A stretch of DNA of 64,000 nucleotides from the human T2T-CHM13v2.0 reference genome, Homo sapiens (GCF_009914755.1 NC_060934.1); one strand, 5' to 3'; numbered from the stretch's first letter, positions 1 to 15,233 are shown. Notes: generated by a model from the letters alone, not told the origin. A program made the numbers and translations.

Positions 1-346
1 TAGAAAGTGAAATCATATCCTTTTCAGCAACATGGATGCAGCTGGTGGCCCTTATCTTAAGCAAAATAATGCAGGAAGAGAAAGACAAATACTGCATGTT
101 CTCACTTACAAGTGGGAGCTAAGTACTGAGTGCACATGGACGCAAAGATGGGAACAACAGACACTGGGCCTACTTGAGGTGGGAGGGTAGGAGGAGGGTG
201 AAAAGCAAAAACTACCTATCGGGTATTATGCTTACCACCTGGGAGAGGACATACCTTGTACACCAAATCCCAGAGACATGCAATTTACCCATGTTACAAA
301 CCTGCACATGTACCCCCTGCACCTAAAATAAATGTTGAAAAAAAAA
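1..346 (+). mobile_element. L1 (L1PB/old L1PA) 3' end with poly(A)
   Basis: L1 3'UTR motifs (gcatgttctcacttacaagtgggagct...cctgcacatgtaccccctg...aaaataa) followed by an A tail. Confidence 0.9.
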
Positions 347-3300
347 GCCACTAAAATAGTATTTCACATCACTTTTCATTGCTAACAGTTTGTTCCGTCA
401 AAATACTTTCTAAATGGATCCATTATTGTTTGTCAGTATATAATAACGTGTGTAAATTCCCATAGATATGCCTGAGTTTTACACTTTTCATTTCATATCA
501 GAGAAAAAAGCTTGAAAAATAACTCTTGATATTGAGAATTTTAACAGTGAGATTTTATTATACTCAAATGAACAAGTTCTCATCTTCATAGCCCATATGT
601 GAGACTTTTTGTTACCAAATTGTAAAAAAAAAAAAAAAAAAATCATGTAACGTAGATTAAAAATCTAATTTCAAAGACTGGAACAACAACAAAAAGAAAA
701 CAAAGGCAACAGCACACAGATGACTGTGACTTGCCTTTGGCCCATCTGCAGATATTAAAGCCCTGGGGCCAGAAGCAAGTCTTTCTCTTGCTGAGAGAGG
801 ACCTGCCTGCAGCAACTCCTAGGAAGGCTGATGAGCAGGTAGTACTTCCTGGAGCAGAATGGGCCACCCTTCTCCTTTGGCTCCATTCAGAGGAATAGCC
901 CCAGGGAGAGGTCCTGGAAAGTATTATAATAATTGCAGAAATGAAAGAAAAAACCCTTGTTCTGAAGCAAAGGGTGGACTTTTAATTTTAATAGTAGCTA
1001 ATTATCCATGTCTGTAATAATTCTGCTGTTTTTGATGTTTTTAAAGATTAAAAACAAAATCTCAGAATAGCTTTCATAAATCAATTTGACCTTGCCGTGA
1101 AACCAAAACAACGGTTAATTCACTCGAAGCAGAGATATAATAGGTTCAAATAGCAACATATCTCCCAGAGTCAATTTCAACAAGACAAAAACAGAATAAA
1201 GTGGTTCATATTTTTATGTTAAAAGTAATTTTATAGGATTCCTTTTGTTGCGCTGAATTTAAATAAATCATTATAAACCTAATATATGCCTAATACTGTC
1301 ACCATGCTGTGGCAACCACTGTTAATATTTCCATGTGTTTTCTTTGAACTTTTTTTAATTCTTTGCATGGGTTTTTAAAAGAGTGTTTTAGATTCTGTCA
1401 TACCAGATGGAGAAACCTCTGCCCCTACTCTGAAGGGATATCCCCAAATGACATTCCTTGGAATTCTGCATCCCTTGAAAAAGGACGACTGGCTGTCTTC
1501 TGCATGAGCTGTTCCGAGACCCACTAAAATTGGCCAGGGTGACTGGTACAGTCATAGGAGGGTTCAGCCAAGCCATAGCATTGTCCAGAGCAAGGATGGC
1601 GTAAAGAAGGCTTTAACAAAATATATTTGATTATAAAAAAAACTTCTGCTAGGAATGTACAAAGTTCATTGTCCATCCGGACACCCAGGAATAAGTGAGA
1701 GGTACATACTAATTAGTATTTTCTAACATTGCTTACTTCTGCCCCCTACCTAGTCACAGGCTGAGAGAAGAATGCAGCAAGAAGCATCTTAACTGGAGGC
1801 CCATTCTAAGTCCATTTTGAGGATGAGGAAACAGGCCAGGGAGGTTAAACGACTTGTCCCAGGTACTGTGGCTGGAAGAGAGGCTATACCTTACCTACTC
1901 TCCTGGGTGCCCTTTTCCCTCTGTCTTTAGAGGAAGTGCATAGATTTTTCTCATTTGGCTCTTGAGACCTGGGATAAACATAGTGCTACCCTAAGTCTTG
2001 CAGTTACAAGAATGGAAATATTCTGATTTAAGTTATAGACATTTGTTTGAATTTTACCATTACACATTTTTTAAATCACAGATAAGATTTTTCACTTGAA
2101 TGAAAAGTGAATATTATAAACCATGAAAGCTTATATGAGGCTACAAAATAAGTTGGGAGTGGCTATCTGAGAAGAAAAGAAAGATGCAAAATCTAACTGG
2201 CAAAGGAATAAAATCAAATCAGACACCAACATAACCAGCTTCTTCCGCCTTCCCTTAGATGATAGTCCTGAAGCTGCTATGCTGAACATCTGATGGGAAG
2301 TAAAAGGCATTAACACTCTGTAAAACATGGCAAGGAATATATTCTATAACAGTTCCCCTGCAGATGAAAATTTGCCCTGAGGTATAGTTCCTCAGAGAAA
2401 ATGAGTTTTTTTCTCTTTAGTAAATTTTTTAAAGCCTTTTTGTTTGTTTGTTTGACAGCCTGTGCTGCAGTTCTAGGTTCTAAGCATATACACCTTATAT
2501 TCCTGTTAATGGAATTTCAGACTCAATGTTTGCCTCACCTTTTGTGTATAGTTCCTCAATGGCCTATATTGGATACAAAGTCTTACACAGTTTTCACCCA
2601 ACTCTAGTGATTAAAAAAAAGAAAGATCTGATTGGAGCACAGTGCAGAAGGAGAGAGTGGCATCATTTTGGAGCTCTGCCTTTCTGGATACCTACCTTGC
2701 CTTTGTCACTTGTCAGGTCTATGATTTTAAAGAATAATTGAACTCCTTTGAATCACCACTTTATCTGCAGATGAGGTCTGGAATAGTCAGAGATGGTTTT
2801 CTGTAACAAGTGAGTTTCATTTGGGATTTGTATAATCAGAAAGATGATAAGGGGCAAACCATAATCAAAGCCCCAGAGATGCTTAGCAATGAGAGCAACC
2901 ATGCTGAGGCATAGTAAACTATGACACTGATCAGATAACCAAGGTGAGGTGCAAAGTCAGGTAGAAGTGCTCAGTGCTGAGGTAGTAAGGACTAGGGAAC
3001 CAATAGAGGCTTTTGACTCATGGTCTGAGAAGATGAGAAACAGCCACTGGAAGACAGATCCAGTAGATGGACAAGAGGGATTGATTTGAATATTTTGGAG
3101 CCTGGGGAGTAACCTAGAGATGAATATCGCCAGGTCATTCAGGTTTTTGTTTGGTTGTGTGATTACAACTAACAGAGACTATAATTTAAAAGCTTGGTGG
3201 AACAGATTACTAACAAACTAATAAATTATCCCAATCTCAAGGCTAATCAAACCTATATTTTGGTTGATTTTTCTACAAGGTTGTGTCAAGGTTATAGGTA

Positions 3301-4942
3301 AGGGGTGATCACTGAGTCCCCGTCAATGAGATACTTGCCCCTGGGTGGACAAGTGAGTACTAGTTGCCATAAATAAAATCAAGCACCTCTGCTACCAACA
3401 TTTTTGCATTTCACATCAGAGAGCTGAGTTCCGTATCTTCTTATGGTGATCTTTGATCCAAGTTAAAGGCCGACATTAATGTTAACAGTATTTTCTCTAC
3501 TGTATATTGTGACTCATTTTTGAGTTGCAGATGAGACTGAAACTAGAACTTCTCTTCTTTGCAGAGTCATAAGTCATGTTAAAATATTAAAAGCTCAGAA
3601 TAGTCCTAATCGGTTTAACTTTGTATAAACACTCAGATATCTTGCATTTCTTTGTCTACAAGTCCATTTCTCTTGTAATTTCCCTGAATATCCAATGGAC
3701 CTAGAACTGTCCAAAACAATGTAGACAATCGCTAGGTCTAAGATATTTGACTTTAACCAAAATTGTTAACAAAATATCTTTTCCTTCTAGGACAGTGGCT
3801 CAATATTTAATTTCATTGGAAACCACAGGCTAAGTCTGAGTATATTTATGAGTTATATTTTCAGCTACCTAGATGATTTACAACATGATAATTTAGAAGG
3901 AGTAGAAAACTTGGAGTTAAAAATTCTGAGTTAAAACCTATCTTGATCACAACCTAAGACTATACATGTTCAATGGATAGTCTTTTTATTTATTCAGTGT
4001 AGTTTCCTCATTTATAAATATAATAAAACCCACCTGTAGGTAATCATGAGGCTCAAAAACGACTGCACATGAGAATCTTTTGTAATAGCTAAGCCTCATT
4101 AGAAGCTGTATTCTGGTTTGAATGTGCTTGTAGCCTATATGTTTGTGTTGCTGCAACTCCTACCTTGCTAAAAAGAGATAAAGGAACCCATCTAGGGAAA
4201 CTGTTATGCTAAGGTTGAGTTCCTAAAGCCATGGTGTACTTCAAATTAGGGAACAGGAGGAGTTGAACAAGACCATCAAGGAAAAAATTTATTATATACA
4301 GATTTCTGGCACGATTTACAAATAGGCAGGTCCCTGGGCTGATACAGAACATGCAATGCTGATATGTTCTGGATATCTGGGACAGTGTTTGCAAAACAAA
4401 TAGAAATTGAATGCCTTTATGTTAGTCATAGGACTCACTGCTAATTTATTAATTTACGTCTTGCTCAAGACCTGTTTATGTCCCTCCTTTGTTCCCAGGA
4501 ACATTAGAGGTTGCTAACGTTGCTCTAAGACTTGAGCTTAATTAAGGTGACCTTTGAGATGAACTGGTCCTTATCAGGGCCAGTGAGGCCATGAAGAGAC
4601 TAGATCCAAGCAGTATGTTTTAACTGGCCTACACAGGTCTCCCTCAGCAGCCCTGAGCCAGGGAACTCAACAATATTTTAGGGAAACAAGAAGTCTACTT
4701 AACTGATAGGAGTCAGATTTGTACCTGGGACTGCTGATCCAAAGCCTATAAGGAAAAACATAGCCAAAAAGAATCTGCCTTAAACTGATGTGAACTGACT
4801 ATCCAGATCCATATAATTAGAAATAATATTAGAAGACATCTTAATGTATATAGTATCTTATGGAACACAGTTTTTTTGTGTGTGTTTTTAAGCAGACTTT
4901 ATGTACCAAATTAAGAAATTATTATTTTAATGATGAAGTCTT

Positions 4943-5324
<382 letters not shown>

Positions 5325-6211
5325 CTACCTCCCTGGGATAAGATTACTAATGACATTATTTTCCTTAGGAGCAGACCTCTTTCACACAGCAGTATACAAG
5401 CTGTTTTGCTTTCTACCTGATGTTGAGAAAGGCCTGACTCTTAGATGTTGCCTGATAGCTACTATTTTCTCGCTTTGCATCGCATTAGTGGGAGCCGTTG
5501 CTGGAGAGTTTCATAAGGAACATTCTGTTAAGAATGTGTAAATTTAGATTACTACCACTGGGAATTTAAAACAATGAAGAGAACAAATTCTGCTAAAATA
5601 TGGCTCTGACCATCTTTAAGACAGATGCTGTGACCGTCCTTTAGCTCATGGCTAATCTGAAGGAGCTAGTCTGTGGAGACAGGGGCTTCCTTAGCAATGC
5701 CTCAGATAAAAACTTGGGCCCAGTTCTCAAACTCATAACTGAAATATTTCAGATTAAATCCCTCCTCCTTGTTGCTGATCAGTCCACGTACTCTTTTCCT
5801 TAAACCCCATTGAAAATTCACTGTCCTCTAGGTGCCATCATTCTGTAGTGGTGGGAGTACAGATTGGCATAACCTTTCAGAAAGCAGACAGGCAATACAA
5901 AGCAATAATAATATATGGCAATATTAAGGGAGTCTATATTCATGATTGAGTAACCACCATGCTGTGAAATGAAATGTGGTCAAAGATTTATATGCAAGAG
6001 TTTAATAACATTGCATTGTTATTTATTATAGCAACTCTTTCAAAAGTGTGCGATGAGAGGGTATTATTTATATAAATAACTTTGCAATCATATGATGGAA
6101 TATTATTCTGCCAAGATAAAATTATGTATTTGAGAAATATACTTACTGATGTGAAAAAGTGCTTAAGACATAATAGGTTAAGAAAAGACAGACAGAAGAG
6201 GTATGCATGTA

Positions 6212-6213
<2 letters not shown>

Positions 6214-6248
<35 letters not shown>
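6214..6248. repeat. (TG)n microsatellite
   Basis: About 17 TG units. Confidence 0.95.
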
Positions 6249-6250
<2 letters not shown>

Positions 6251-9200
6251 CTGAACATCACAGGCTTCATTAGCCGATGGATACAAAGAGATCACATCAA
6301 AGTCCACAGTACAATGGTCTTACAACTTTACAATCTTCTCACAAAGCAAGTACAAACCTGTGCTCAGTACCAAACCCAGGTAGACTGTTTTCTCCCTTTC
6401 CTGGCCTTCTTATCAAAGCTGTTTCCATGGACCTTGCTGTGGACATCTTTCATTAGAACGCTCTGGTAGCTGTATCACTTAGAACTCAGGGATGCCATTC
6501 TATTAGAAAGGAGGTGCTCTTAACTCTCAAATTTTTCTTGGTCTTAAATATTGCATTGAGATAAGGGAATAAGGAAGAAAATAAAAATGCATCTAATGCC
6601 TAAAAATATATGGACTTTTGCTAGGCATTTCACCCCATTCATGTCATCTGTTAATTGTCAGATGTTGTCACTCTCTCTGTTTTTAATACAGAACTTCAAC
6701 AGATCTTAAGAGCATTCTACTCAGTCATTTTAGATTTGAGGTGCTATTCTGCTCTCTAGGAAGATAGGGAGTCTCAATCCTGACCCAGACTCAGTTCCCG
6801 AGTGCGGTACTGTTTCCCACTGACAGATGCCACTGACTTTGCCTGCCTGAGTCTCTAAATATTGCAGCTATCTAGCTGTATTCCATCTGCCCACCTGTTT
6901 GGACTTTCATGAGTCCAACTGCTTTCCTGGCCTCCCACCAGTTGCCTAATAGCATTCTACTTGATGGAATCCATGTTCCCTGCCCTTCTGCATACCAGCA
7001 TCTGCAGCCGACCTTCCAATACCGATCCCAGCATAGTAGGCCAATCTAGGTCCAAGACCAAGGTCTCCTAGCCTAAGGATTTACCACTGTGGTTAACCCT
7101 GCCCTGCCTGGGCACAACACCTTCACAATTCTTGAAGCACTACGTGCCATGACACACACATTTGAAGTTTTTTTCAGAATCTTCCATGTTTAAACTTTTG
7201 GCTGTTCCAGTTTCCCCAAATTAAATTATCTGGAAAGAGTGAGCAGCTGAAATTTGAGTGCATTTTTGAAGTTTAAGAACTGAAAAAAGAAAGGAATATG
7301 GCCAATTTAATATTCCTGTCTCTTAATCCACTTCACATGGGAGAATGGAGGTGAAGTGAGGTTGTGGAAAATAATAAAGCCAATTACTTTGCCTGTTCCT
7401 TTGTTTGATATACTGCACTCTTTTTTATTTTTTCTTTTCCAAAAAGCAGAGATCAGCCAGTACAAAATGGTGGTTTTCCCATCCTGGGTATATCAGGCCC
7501 AGATCATCAATTATTATTGCAGCATTCTATATTTGCTCTCATAGATAGTGAAAGCTTTGCTATATTAATGAGGAATTTTTGATTTCAGGCTGTGCCTTCT
7601 TTGCTCGTCTCAGCTCTTGGCTCTTCCTAAAAACTGTATTAGCCAGGAAACTGAGCCCACTGATTTTTTAATCTATCCTTAACCCTGCCCTGGAACACTT
7701 AGCAATTTAGGCATGTGGCAGGAAGAACTGAAATTTCTAAGCCGTTCACTCCTGAGACTAATACCGAGTCCTCTTCATTTATCCTTGACCTTTTTAGTTT
7801 TCAGCCTTGCTCCCTAGGGGTACTTCCATGAAGACAGTTGCTTCCTGCCCCATATTAACAACCCTCAGTGAATGTCACAGTAGAGTAACAGAGAATTGCA
7901 AATAAAGACGGCCAACAATCATTTGGCATTTGAGGAAAGCCATAGCATAAAACAGGGTCACTGAACTTAATAAAAAGGAAAAGTTATGAGAGTAAAGGAA
8001 ATATCATGAATGGCCTAATCTTTCTGTCCTGGATGGTCTTTATTCCTTAATACCATCAACCACTCAAGGTGCTGCTGTGTCCCTCTCAGAGGTCCACTCT
8101 CACTCCTCCTACCTGAAAAGAAACTCACTAGTTGCTAATTACCAATATCCACTTAGGGTGAGTTGGTTGGGACATGCTAATTCCTCCTTGCTGACCCTAC
8201 TGTGATATTCCTGTGATTGGCCTGGTCATTTTTCCCTGGGCCTCACTTGCAGCAAGCTGCTTAGGTAGGAAACACTTAGAGCCACTCCTCACATTATGAG
8301 GTAAGATTCTCCTCTGGTTGTCTGAAGCTGTAATCTCCATTTTCAATCTGGTCCTCCTTCATTTCCAGATGTGTTAAGGAATTTTTTAAAAAATTTCTAT
8401 CTGTTATGTCATTAAGAAGGATTTGTAGCAGGAAAACGAGGCTGGCACCTTTTCTCAAGAAGCTATCTTGACCTGAAACTTACATTCTTTCATCATCATG
8501 CCATTTTCATCTGGTTTCCTGAGAGCTGCCTTTGGCAGTCACAGTTGGAAATGACATTTTATACAGGCTCTTATATCAGAGCAAAGTATGGTCCTGATAA
8601 AAGGTTGTGTGAAAATGTTCAGCAAACACCTCTCAATCCCCTGTGCTTTGATGTCCTGCATGCTTTTATAATGGCCACACTCCAGGGCAGCTGGAGACAG
8701 GAAATTTCATATAACTGGGTTGTGTCTGAACAGAATCAGCACACTCCACGATGAGATTCACCATATTCACATTTGGTATATTCCCTTTCCATTTCTTTCA
8801 AACTTCCGTATTAAAAATGTAAGATTTACATTAGTATAGAATACTAACCATCAACTATTATCAAAGGAAACAGAATGGGGAGATGAACAAAGAGAAAGAG
8901 ATGACCCAGAATCAGAAACCCTGGGTTAGTCTTGGCTCTCAGTGATTAAGCAATTTGTCCAGCATCACAGATCTACAATGATCTTACAGTCTCAATCCCT
9001 CATTTTCTTCTTTTACAAAGCCAATGGTTGGCAGAGGCTGACTAGATTTCATGACCCTCCATCTTGTTCCTGTTCTGAGCTTTTATGAAGTTGATCTTAT
9101 TGTCATCAGCCTATCATCAGCTTTGCAGGACAGCCAGATGAAAGGAGTGCAGGACAGACACTCCTTAGAATCCCTTTGTAAGTTTTTCAAAGATTTGCTT

Positions 9201-9372
9201 TGTTCAGATCTCTGAACCATTATTGGGGACTGTAGAATAGGTACTGAAGAAGAAAGAATGCCTCGCTTAAGTTCAATTCAGTCCTGTACACTCAGAGTGA
9301 TCTCTCTGATATGAGAAAGGGAGTTGTTGACCTTTGGATTAAGTGATTCCAAGAGAAAGGACTGTTTAGAGC

Positions 9373-9697
9373 GAGGGTTAGCAAACTACCACCTTCAGGC
9401 CAAATCTGGTCCACCAACTCTGTTGTATGGCTGACAAGCTAAGAATGGTCTTCACATTTTTAAAAAATCAGAATAATAATATTTTGTGACATGTGAAAAT
9501 CATGTGAAATTCAAATGTCAGTGTCTGTAAATAAAAAGTTGTATTAGAATATGGCCATACTCAGTTATTTACCTATTGTCTATGGTGGCTTTAGAGCTAC
9601 AACAGAGTTGAACAGTTGCAATAGCAACCTTCTGGCCCCCATAGCCTAAAATATTTACTATCTGGCCTTTTATAAAAAAAAATTGATGATCATTGGT
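9373..9697. mobile_element. MER58 (hAT-Charlie)
   Basis: gggttagcaaactac...ggccaaatctgg...aaaatatttactatctggcc. Confidence 0.85.
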
Positions 9698-9699
9698 TT

Positions 9700-11700
9700 A
9701 CAGAGATGTATTGAGAGTTAACAATCTGCAGGACATAAGGAAAGAATAGCAACTGATAGTTTACAGATGTCTTCATGGGAAAGGTATTCTAGAAGTTCAA
9801 GGACAAGATATTATTGAGTATAAACATACACAGAGCAAGAAGCAGCAGTGGATGTATACGCTTACAAATGCACAGGCAGATGCCCCCCATGTATAAATTT
9901 TCAACTCGGCTGTCCTTTGTGATAACACTTGGCAGAAAAAACTTCAATAACTGAACACAATACCTTTAGCGTTGACCATTGTTATTTTCTTTTTTTTAAT
10001 TATTTCTATAGCATTGACATTTTATTAGGTATTGTAAGTGATCTAGAAATGATTTTTAAATATATGAGAGGATATGTGTAGGTTATATGCAAATACTGTG
10101 CCATTTTCTTTTTTTATTTTATTTTATTTTTTTATTTTTATTTTTTCTAATTTTTTTTATTATACTTTAAGTTTTAGGGTACATGTACACAACGTGCAGG
10201 TTAGTTACATATGTATACATGTGCCACATGTGCCATGTTGGTGTGAAGCACCCATTAACTCATCATTTAACATTAGGTATATCTCCTATTGTTATCCCTC
10301 CCCACTCCCGCACCCTACAACAGGTCCCAGTGTATGATGTTCCCCTTCCTGTGTCCATGTGTTCTCATTGTTCAATTCCCACCTATGAGTGAGAACATGT
10401 GGTGTTTGGTTTTTTGTCCTTGCAATAGTTTGCTGAGAATGATGGTTTCCAGCTTCATCCATGGCCCTATGAAGGACATGAACTCATCATTTTTTATGGC
10501 TGCATAGTATTCCATGGTGTATATGTGCCACATTTTCTTAATCCAGTCTATCGTTGTTGGACATTTGGCTTGGTTCCAAGTCTTTGCTATTGTGAATAGT
10601 GCCTCAATAAACATACGTGTGCATGTGTCTTTATAGCAGCATGATTTATAATCCTTTGGGTATATACCCAGTAATGGTACTGCTGAGTCAAATGGTATTT
10701 CTAGTTCTAGATCCCTGAGGAATCACCACACTGAATTCCACAATGGTTGAACTAGTTTACAGTCCCATTGTTATTTTCTTAGCCTCTTACCCATTGGCTT
10801 ATTTGTGCTAAGTTTTGAGGATTCCTTTTTAAACTGATGTTTAACTGTATTATATTCAGTGAGTACAAAAGAAGTGAGAGTTTCAAAACTACTGATAAGA
10901 AATGGCATATAATTATTAAAGAAGGAAAAATAAAGAAGATGAAAAAATAAAGGGAAGTTAACGATCACTACCTGATAAATATTTGGACGCGAATCATGAT
11001 TTTGAAGGACAAAGAATGAAATGTGTGCAAAAGCAGTGTGGATACAACCCAGACTAACCAGCTGGTGCAGAGGGACACTGGTAAACTAGACAATCTTTGC
11101 AGTGTGTCTTGTGTTTACAACAATGCAAATGCCCGTTAGATTAATGCTGTTAAGAAAAAGAACAGGAGTTTTGGAATGAAAGGCTCATCATGGTTAAAAT
11201 GCTGCTGAAAAAATGCTTGTCATGAGGTGCAGGAGCTTTCAAAGGAAAAGGGTCACTATTGTGTCAAAGAAAACACAGCTCCTAGGGAGTCATAGGATAA
11301 GGCACTTATAGGATCATCAACAAACAGTAGTACCTGCATGTACGCATTCTCAGAGTATGTGGAAATTGGCTTATTTCAAAAAACAAAACCACTGATAGGC
11401 TCAATAGAATGTTATCATCCAGGAGGAGCAGGAGTGATGCTTAATTTGAAAGAGTTGGAGTGTCTGCACACACCATCATTTGCTGCCAATTTATTTAGCA
11501 CTAAGCTTAAAATCCTCTTTGGAGGAGTAACTTTGGTCTTTTAAAGAAAAGAAATTAAAGCAAGTTTTTAGAAACAGACATTAGTAAATGCACGTGTTCT
11601 TGCTGATACATACAGAGGGAAGCAGACAGAGAGAAGGATGAACAGATTATAAGTCAACTCTGAAGGGTGTCAGTAGAGGTTCAGTAATGGGCAGAGTCTA
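9700..11700 (+). mobile_element. Very old non-LTR retrotransposon RT relic (R4/Dong- or RTE-like), interrupted by an L1
   Basis: Long decayed frames with W..A..PH, PL..+..L..PLAYL, INAV and GG.G motifs in RT order. Confidence 0.35.
9992..10764 (-). mobile_element. 5'-truncated L1PA with ~110-bp 3' transduction
   Basis: L1 3' end at 10108-10764; TSD ccattgttattttctt at 9976-9991 and 10765-10780 encloses an extra MER2-like segment. Confidence 0.85.
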
Positions 11701-12203
11701 GAAAATATTATCAATATATACAGAAATGTCCGTGTATGTTAAATTAAGGGAACCTCTGCAGAGACGAAAAGAAGAGATTTTGTACCATTCATGATGACAT
11801 TTGAAAATAACATTTTTAAACCTCTCATTTTATGGTGACAATAGATGCCCATCTCTTTCACATAGAGAAGTTTAATTTGAAATAAAAGTAAGGAATATTC
11901 TTTTTATTTTGTGATGACAGTCTCATGCTCAACAAAGATTTAGAGAAGTTAGTGCAACATGGAAAATTGAGTTGTGGTGTAAAATGTATAACTTCTTGCT
12001 ACATAGCTGATTGTGAATTTGTTCTTTATATGAATTTTTTTAAAGAAATAATTGAAGTTTATAAATAAAATATTTATGAATATTGACTTCATTAAGACCA
12101 GGTGTCAGGTGTATCTTAGTTCTGTTTTAATTATATACATATACACACACACATATATATTTCTTTTATGTTCTACATACTCTGCTTTATAGCTGAACTC
12201 ATC

Positions 12204-12551
12204 TGTATTTGTCCATTTTCATGCTGCTGATAAAGACATACCCGAGACTGGGTAATTTATTAAGAAGAAGGTTTAATGGACTCACAGTTCCACATGGCTG
12301 GGGAGGCCTCACAATCATGGCGGAAGGCTTGTCTTACATGGTGGCAGATGAGCGGATGAAAACCAAGCGAAAAGGGTTTCCTCTTATAAAACCATCAGAT
12401 CAGATCTTGTGAGACTTATTCACTACCACGAGAACAGTATGGGGAAAACCGCTCCCATTATATCCCACTGGATCTCTCCCACAACACGTGAGATTTATGC
12501 GAGCTACAATTCAAGATGAGATTTGGGTGGGGACACAGCCAAACTATATAA
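12204..12551 (-). mobile_element. THE1 solo LTR (ERVL-MaLR)
   Basis: gctgataaagacatacccgagactggg...gagatttgggtggggacacagcc; 5-bp TSD tcatc. Confidence 0.9.
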
Positions 12552-14295
12552 TCATCATCCAAACTGAAAGTTGTAGTAGGATTTGTATTAACAAATATTT
12601 GAAATCTGAGTTATAATTTGTCAAATCTATGATATGCATCTAAAAAATTACCATTTTCTTAAAATGGTTATAGGATACTCTAATATTCAGCTAGTAACAA
12701 GTGCTTTTTGGGTCAGGAAAACATTTTTTAACAAACTGATACTTATCAAATCTTAGAAGTTTGATGTCATTATGTTGAACTTCTACTACAATTAAGTGAG
12801 AAGATAAATGCAGAGTAAAGGTTTCTAATAGCATTTTTTATTTATAATCTCAATATATGTTCATTTCATAAAATTTTAAAAATTAAGAGAAGTGTGAAAA
12901 GACTCTACAATACCATCACCAAGGGATAAGTAATAAGTATTTATTTTCTTTTATATTTTTTAATCTACTATGTATATGTATAAAAATATAGATATTATTG
13001 AGTAATATTATTGCTTTCATTTTCCAAAACTCTCTTCTAAATAGTATTTCTATTTTTAGTTATAATTTTAAAATTTAAGTGGCTTCATTGTTTTTATAAA
13101 ATATGTGATTATTTTAAAATGTAACGATGTATGTACACAAAATAAAAATACATGAATATATATTTATATGGAAACGTATACTTATAAATGATAAAAGACC
13201 AAAATAAATGTTACTCCAAAGTCTACAACTCAGTACTAAATATATTAAAAATTAAGTGAATATCTTTCTAAACAATCACTCTGCTGATTTATATCTATCT
13301 ATAGGTATTAAATATCCCAAGAATGTACAGATATCTCCAATTCCAATTCAGTGTTACAGTATTCATTCTAGCCTTCCCTCTTTCCTTATGCTACCTTCCT
13401 TCTTCAACAGTTAAAAGTATGGCTTTCATTATCTATAACATATATACTTATTTGTTCAGTCCTAATATGCACATAAAGAATCCCACAATTTTCAACCTAT
13501 ATCTGTATAAAAAACAAGTTTACTTACTTAAGTGTAGCATTTGTGCACAAAAAGTGTTTGATAAATTTTTCTGGGCCAAAAATAGCAACTGTAGGAAACT
13601 GACAAAGGTAGGACAAAGACATGGTTTTCCCTCAGATATCCGCGTAGTTAACTCCTTCACTCCCATCAGGTAGTGCTCATGTTCCTGTCTTCTCCGCAGC
13701 CTACGTTGGTGGACTATTAATAGCATAATCTCACCCTCCACCCCACCTAGACCATCTTGATCCTTTTTCTCCTACTTTGTTTCCCATAGCACTTATCACA
13801 TTATAGCGTGCATGTTCAACATACACATTTTTTTTAAAGTGTACTTTTACATCTCTGAAAGGTGGATTCTGATAATCAATGACATCATAATTCAATTGGA
13901 GGCTTGCAATGTACTGTATTTTAGATTTAATAAGTCATGGCACATAATTTGCTTATTTATCTTACATTCTATTTTGCCCAATTAGGATGGATAAGTTGAC
14001 AAAGTCAAAGTTATTAAAGAGAATATCGTAACTGCTATAAGAAAGCAAACCTCAAATCTCAGTGCATTAAAAGAACAAGGGTTTATTTTTCTCTTGTGTC
14101 ATCGCAGGCACTCTGTTCCACATAGGGAACAGAGCACCCTCTGTTGGATTCTCTACCTCCAGTCAGCTTAAAATGGAGAGGGTTGAAAATTACTTAAAAG
14201 TACTGTATTCAAGAGAAAGCCTGGAATTAGAGTTTATCACTTCTGCCTCGTGTCTTTTTTTTTCTGTATTAATCAGAGTATTCTAATTGCTGTGA

Positions 14296-14758
14296 TGTTG
14301 TGGGTTGAATCCTGTATCCCCTAAAAAGACATACTAAAGTCTTAAGCCCTAGTACCTGTATCGTAATGTAATATTACTTGAAAATAGTCTGCAGATGTAA
14401 CCAAGTTAAGGTGGGATCATACAGGATTAATTGGGCCCTGAATCCAATGCCTGATATCTTCATAAAGAGAGAGAAACTTGAAGATGGAGGACACACAGAG
14501 AAGAAGTTCATGGGATGACTGAGGCATGGACTGGAGTTATGCTGCCAAAAGCCCAGGAACACAAAGGATTGCTGCCAATAGCCAGAAACTGGAAGAGGCA
14601 AGGAAGGATTCTTTCCTACAGCCATTGGAAGGAGTATGGCCCTGCTAACCCCTTGATTTAGGACTTCTAGCCTCTAGAATTGTCAAAGAATGAAATTCTG
14701 TTGTTTTAAGCCATTTGGTTTATAGTAATTCATTACACCTGCCCTGGGAAATTAATAC
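14296..14758 (+). mobile_element. MLT1 LTR
   Basis: tgttgtgggttgaat...gccagaaactggaagaggcaaggaagga...ttctgttgttttaagcca. Confidence 0.85.
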
Positions 14759-14779
14759 CCCACTCCTTGTACCAAAATG

Positions 14780-15233
14780 CGTATCAGCGTTCTCTAGAGA
14801 AACAGAAGAAATATGAATAGTGATGATTAATTAGTATACTGATCTACATTATACTATAATCACATTATATAATCATATCCTATATGAAGAGATTTATTTT
14901 AGGGAGTTGGCTTACATGATTATGGGGTCTATTTAGTCTGAGATCTGTAGGGCAGGCCAGCTGACTGGAAATTCAGGCAGGAGTTGGTACTGTATCCTTG
15001 AGGCAGAATTTCTTTTTCCAGAAAAACTTCAGTTTTGCTCTTCAGGCCTTTAGCTAATTGTAGGATGAGGCCCTCACAAACTATTGAGGGTGAACTTCTC
15101 TTACTTAAGGTCAACCAATTGTAGATGTTAACCATATCTCCAAAATTCTGTCACAGCAACATCTGAATTAGTGTTTGGTTAAATAACTGGATACTATAGC
15201 CTAGTGAAGTTGACATATAAAGGTAAGCATCAC
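14780..15233 (-). mobile_element. MLT2 LTR (ERVL)
   Basis: gttctctagagaaacaga...gagttggcttacatgattatgg...agttgacatataaa...catcaca. Confidence 0.8.

Noticed and set aside
9740-9830. Minus-strand F-box-like peptide LVLELLEYLSHEDICKLSV
   Set aside because: Isolated, lacks the rest of the motif and good splice sites; probably chance.
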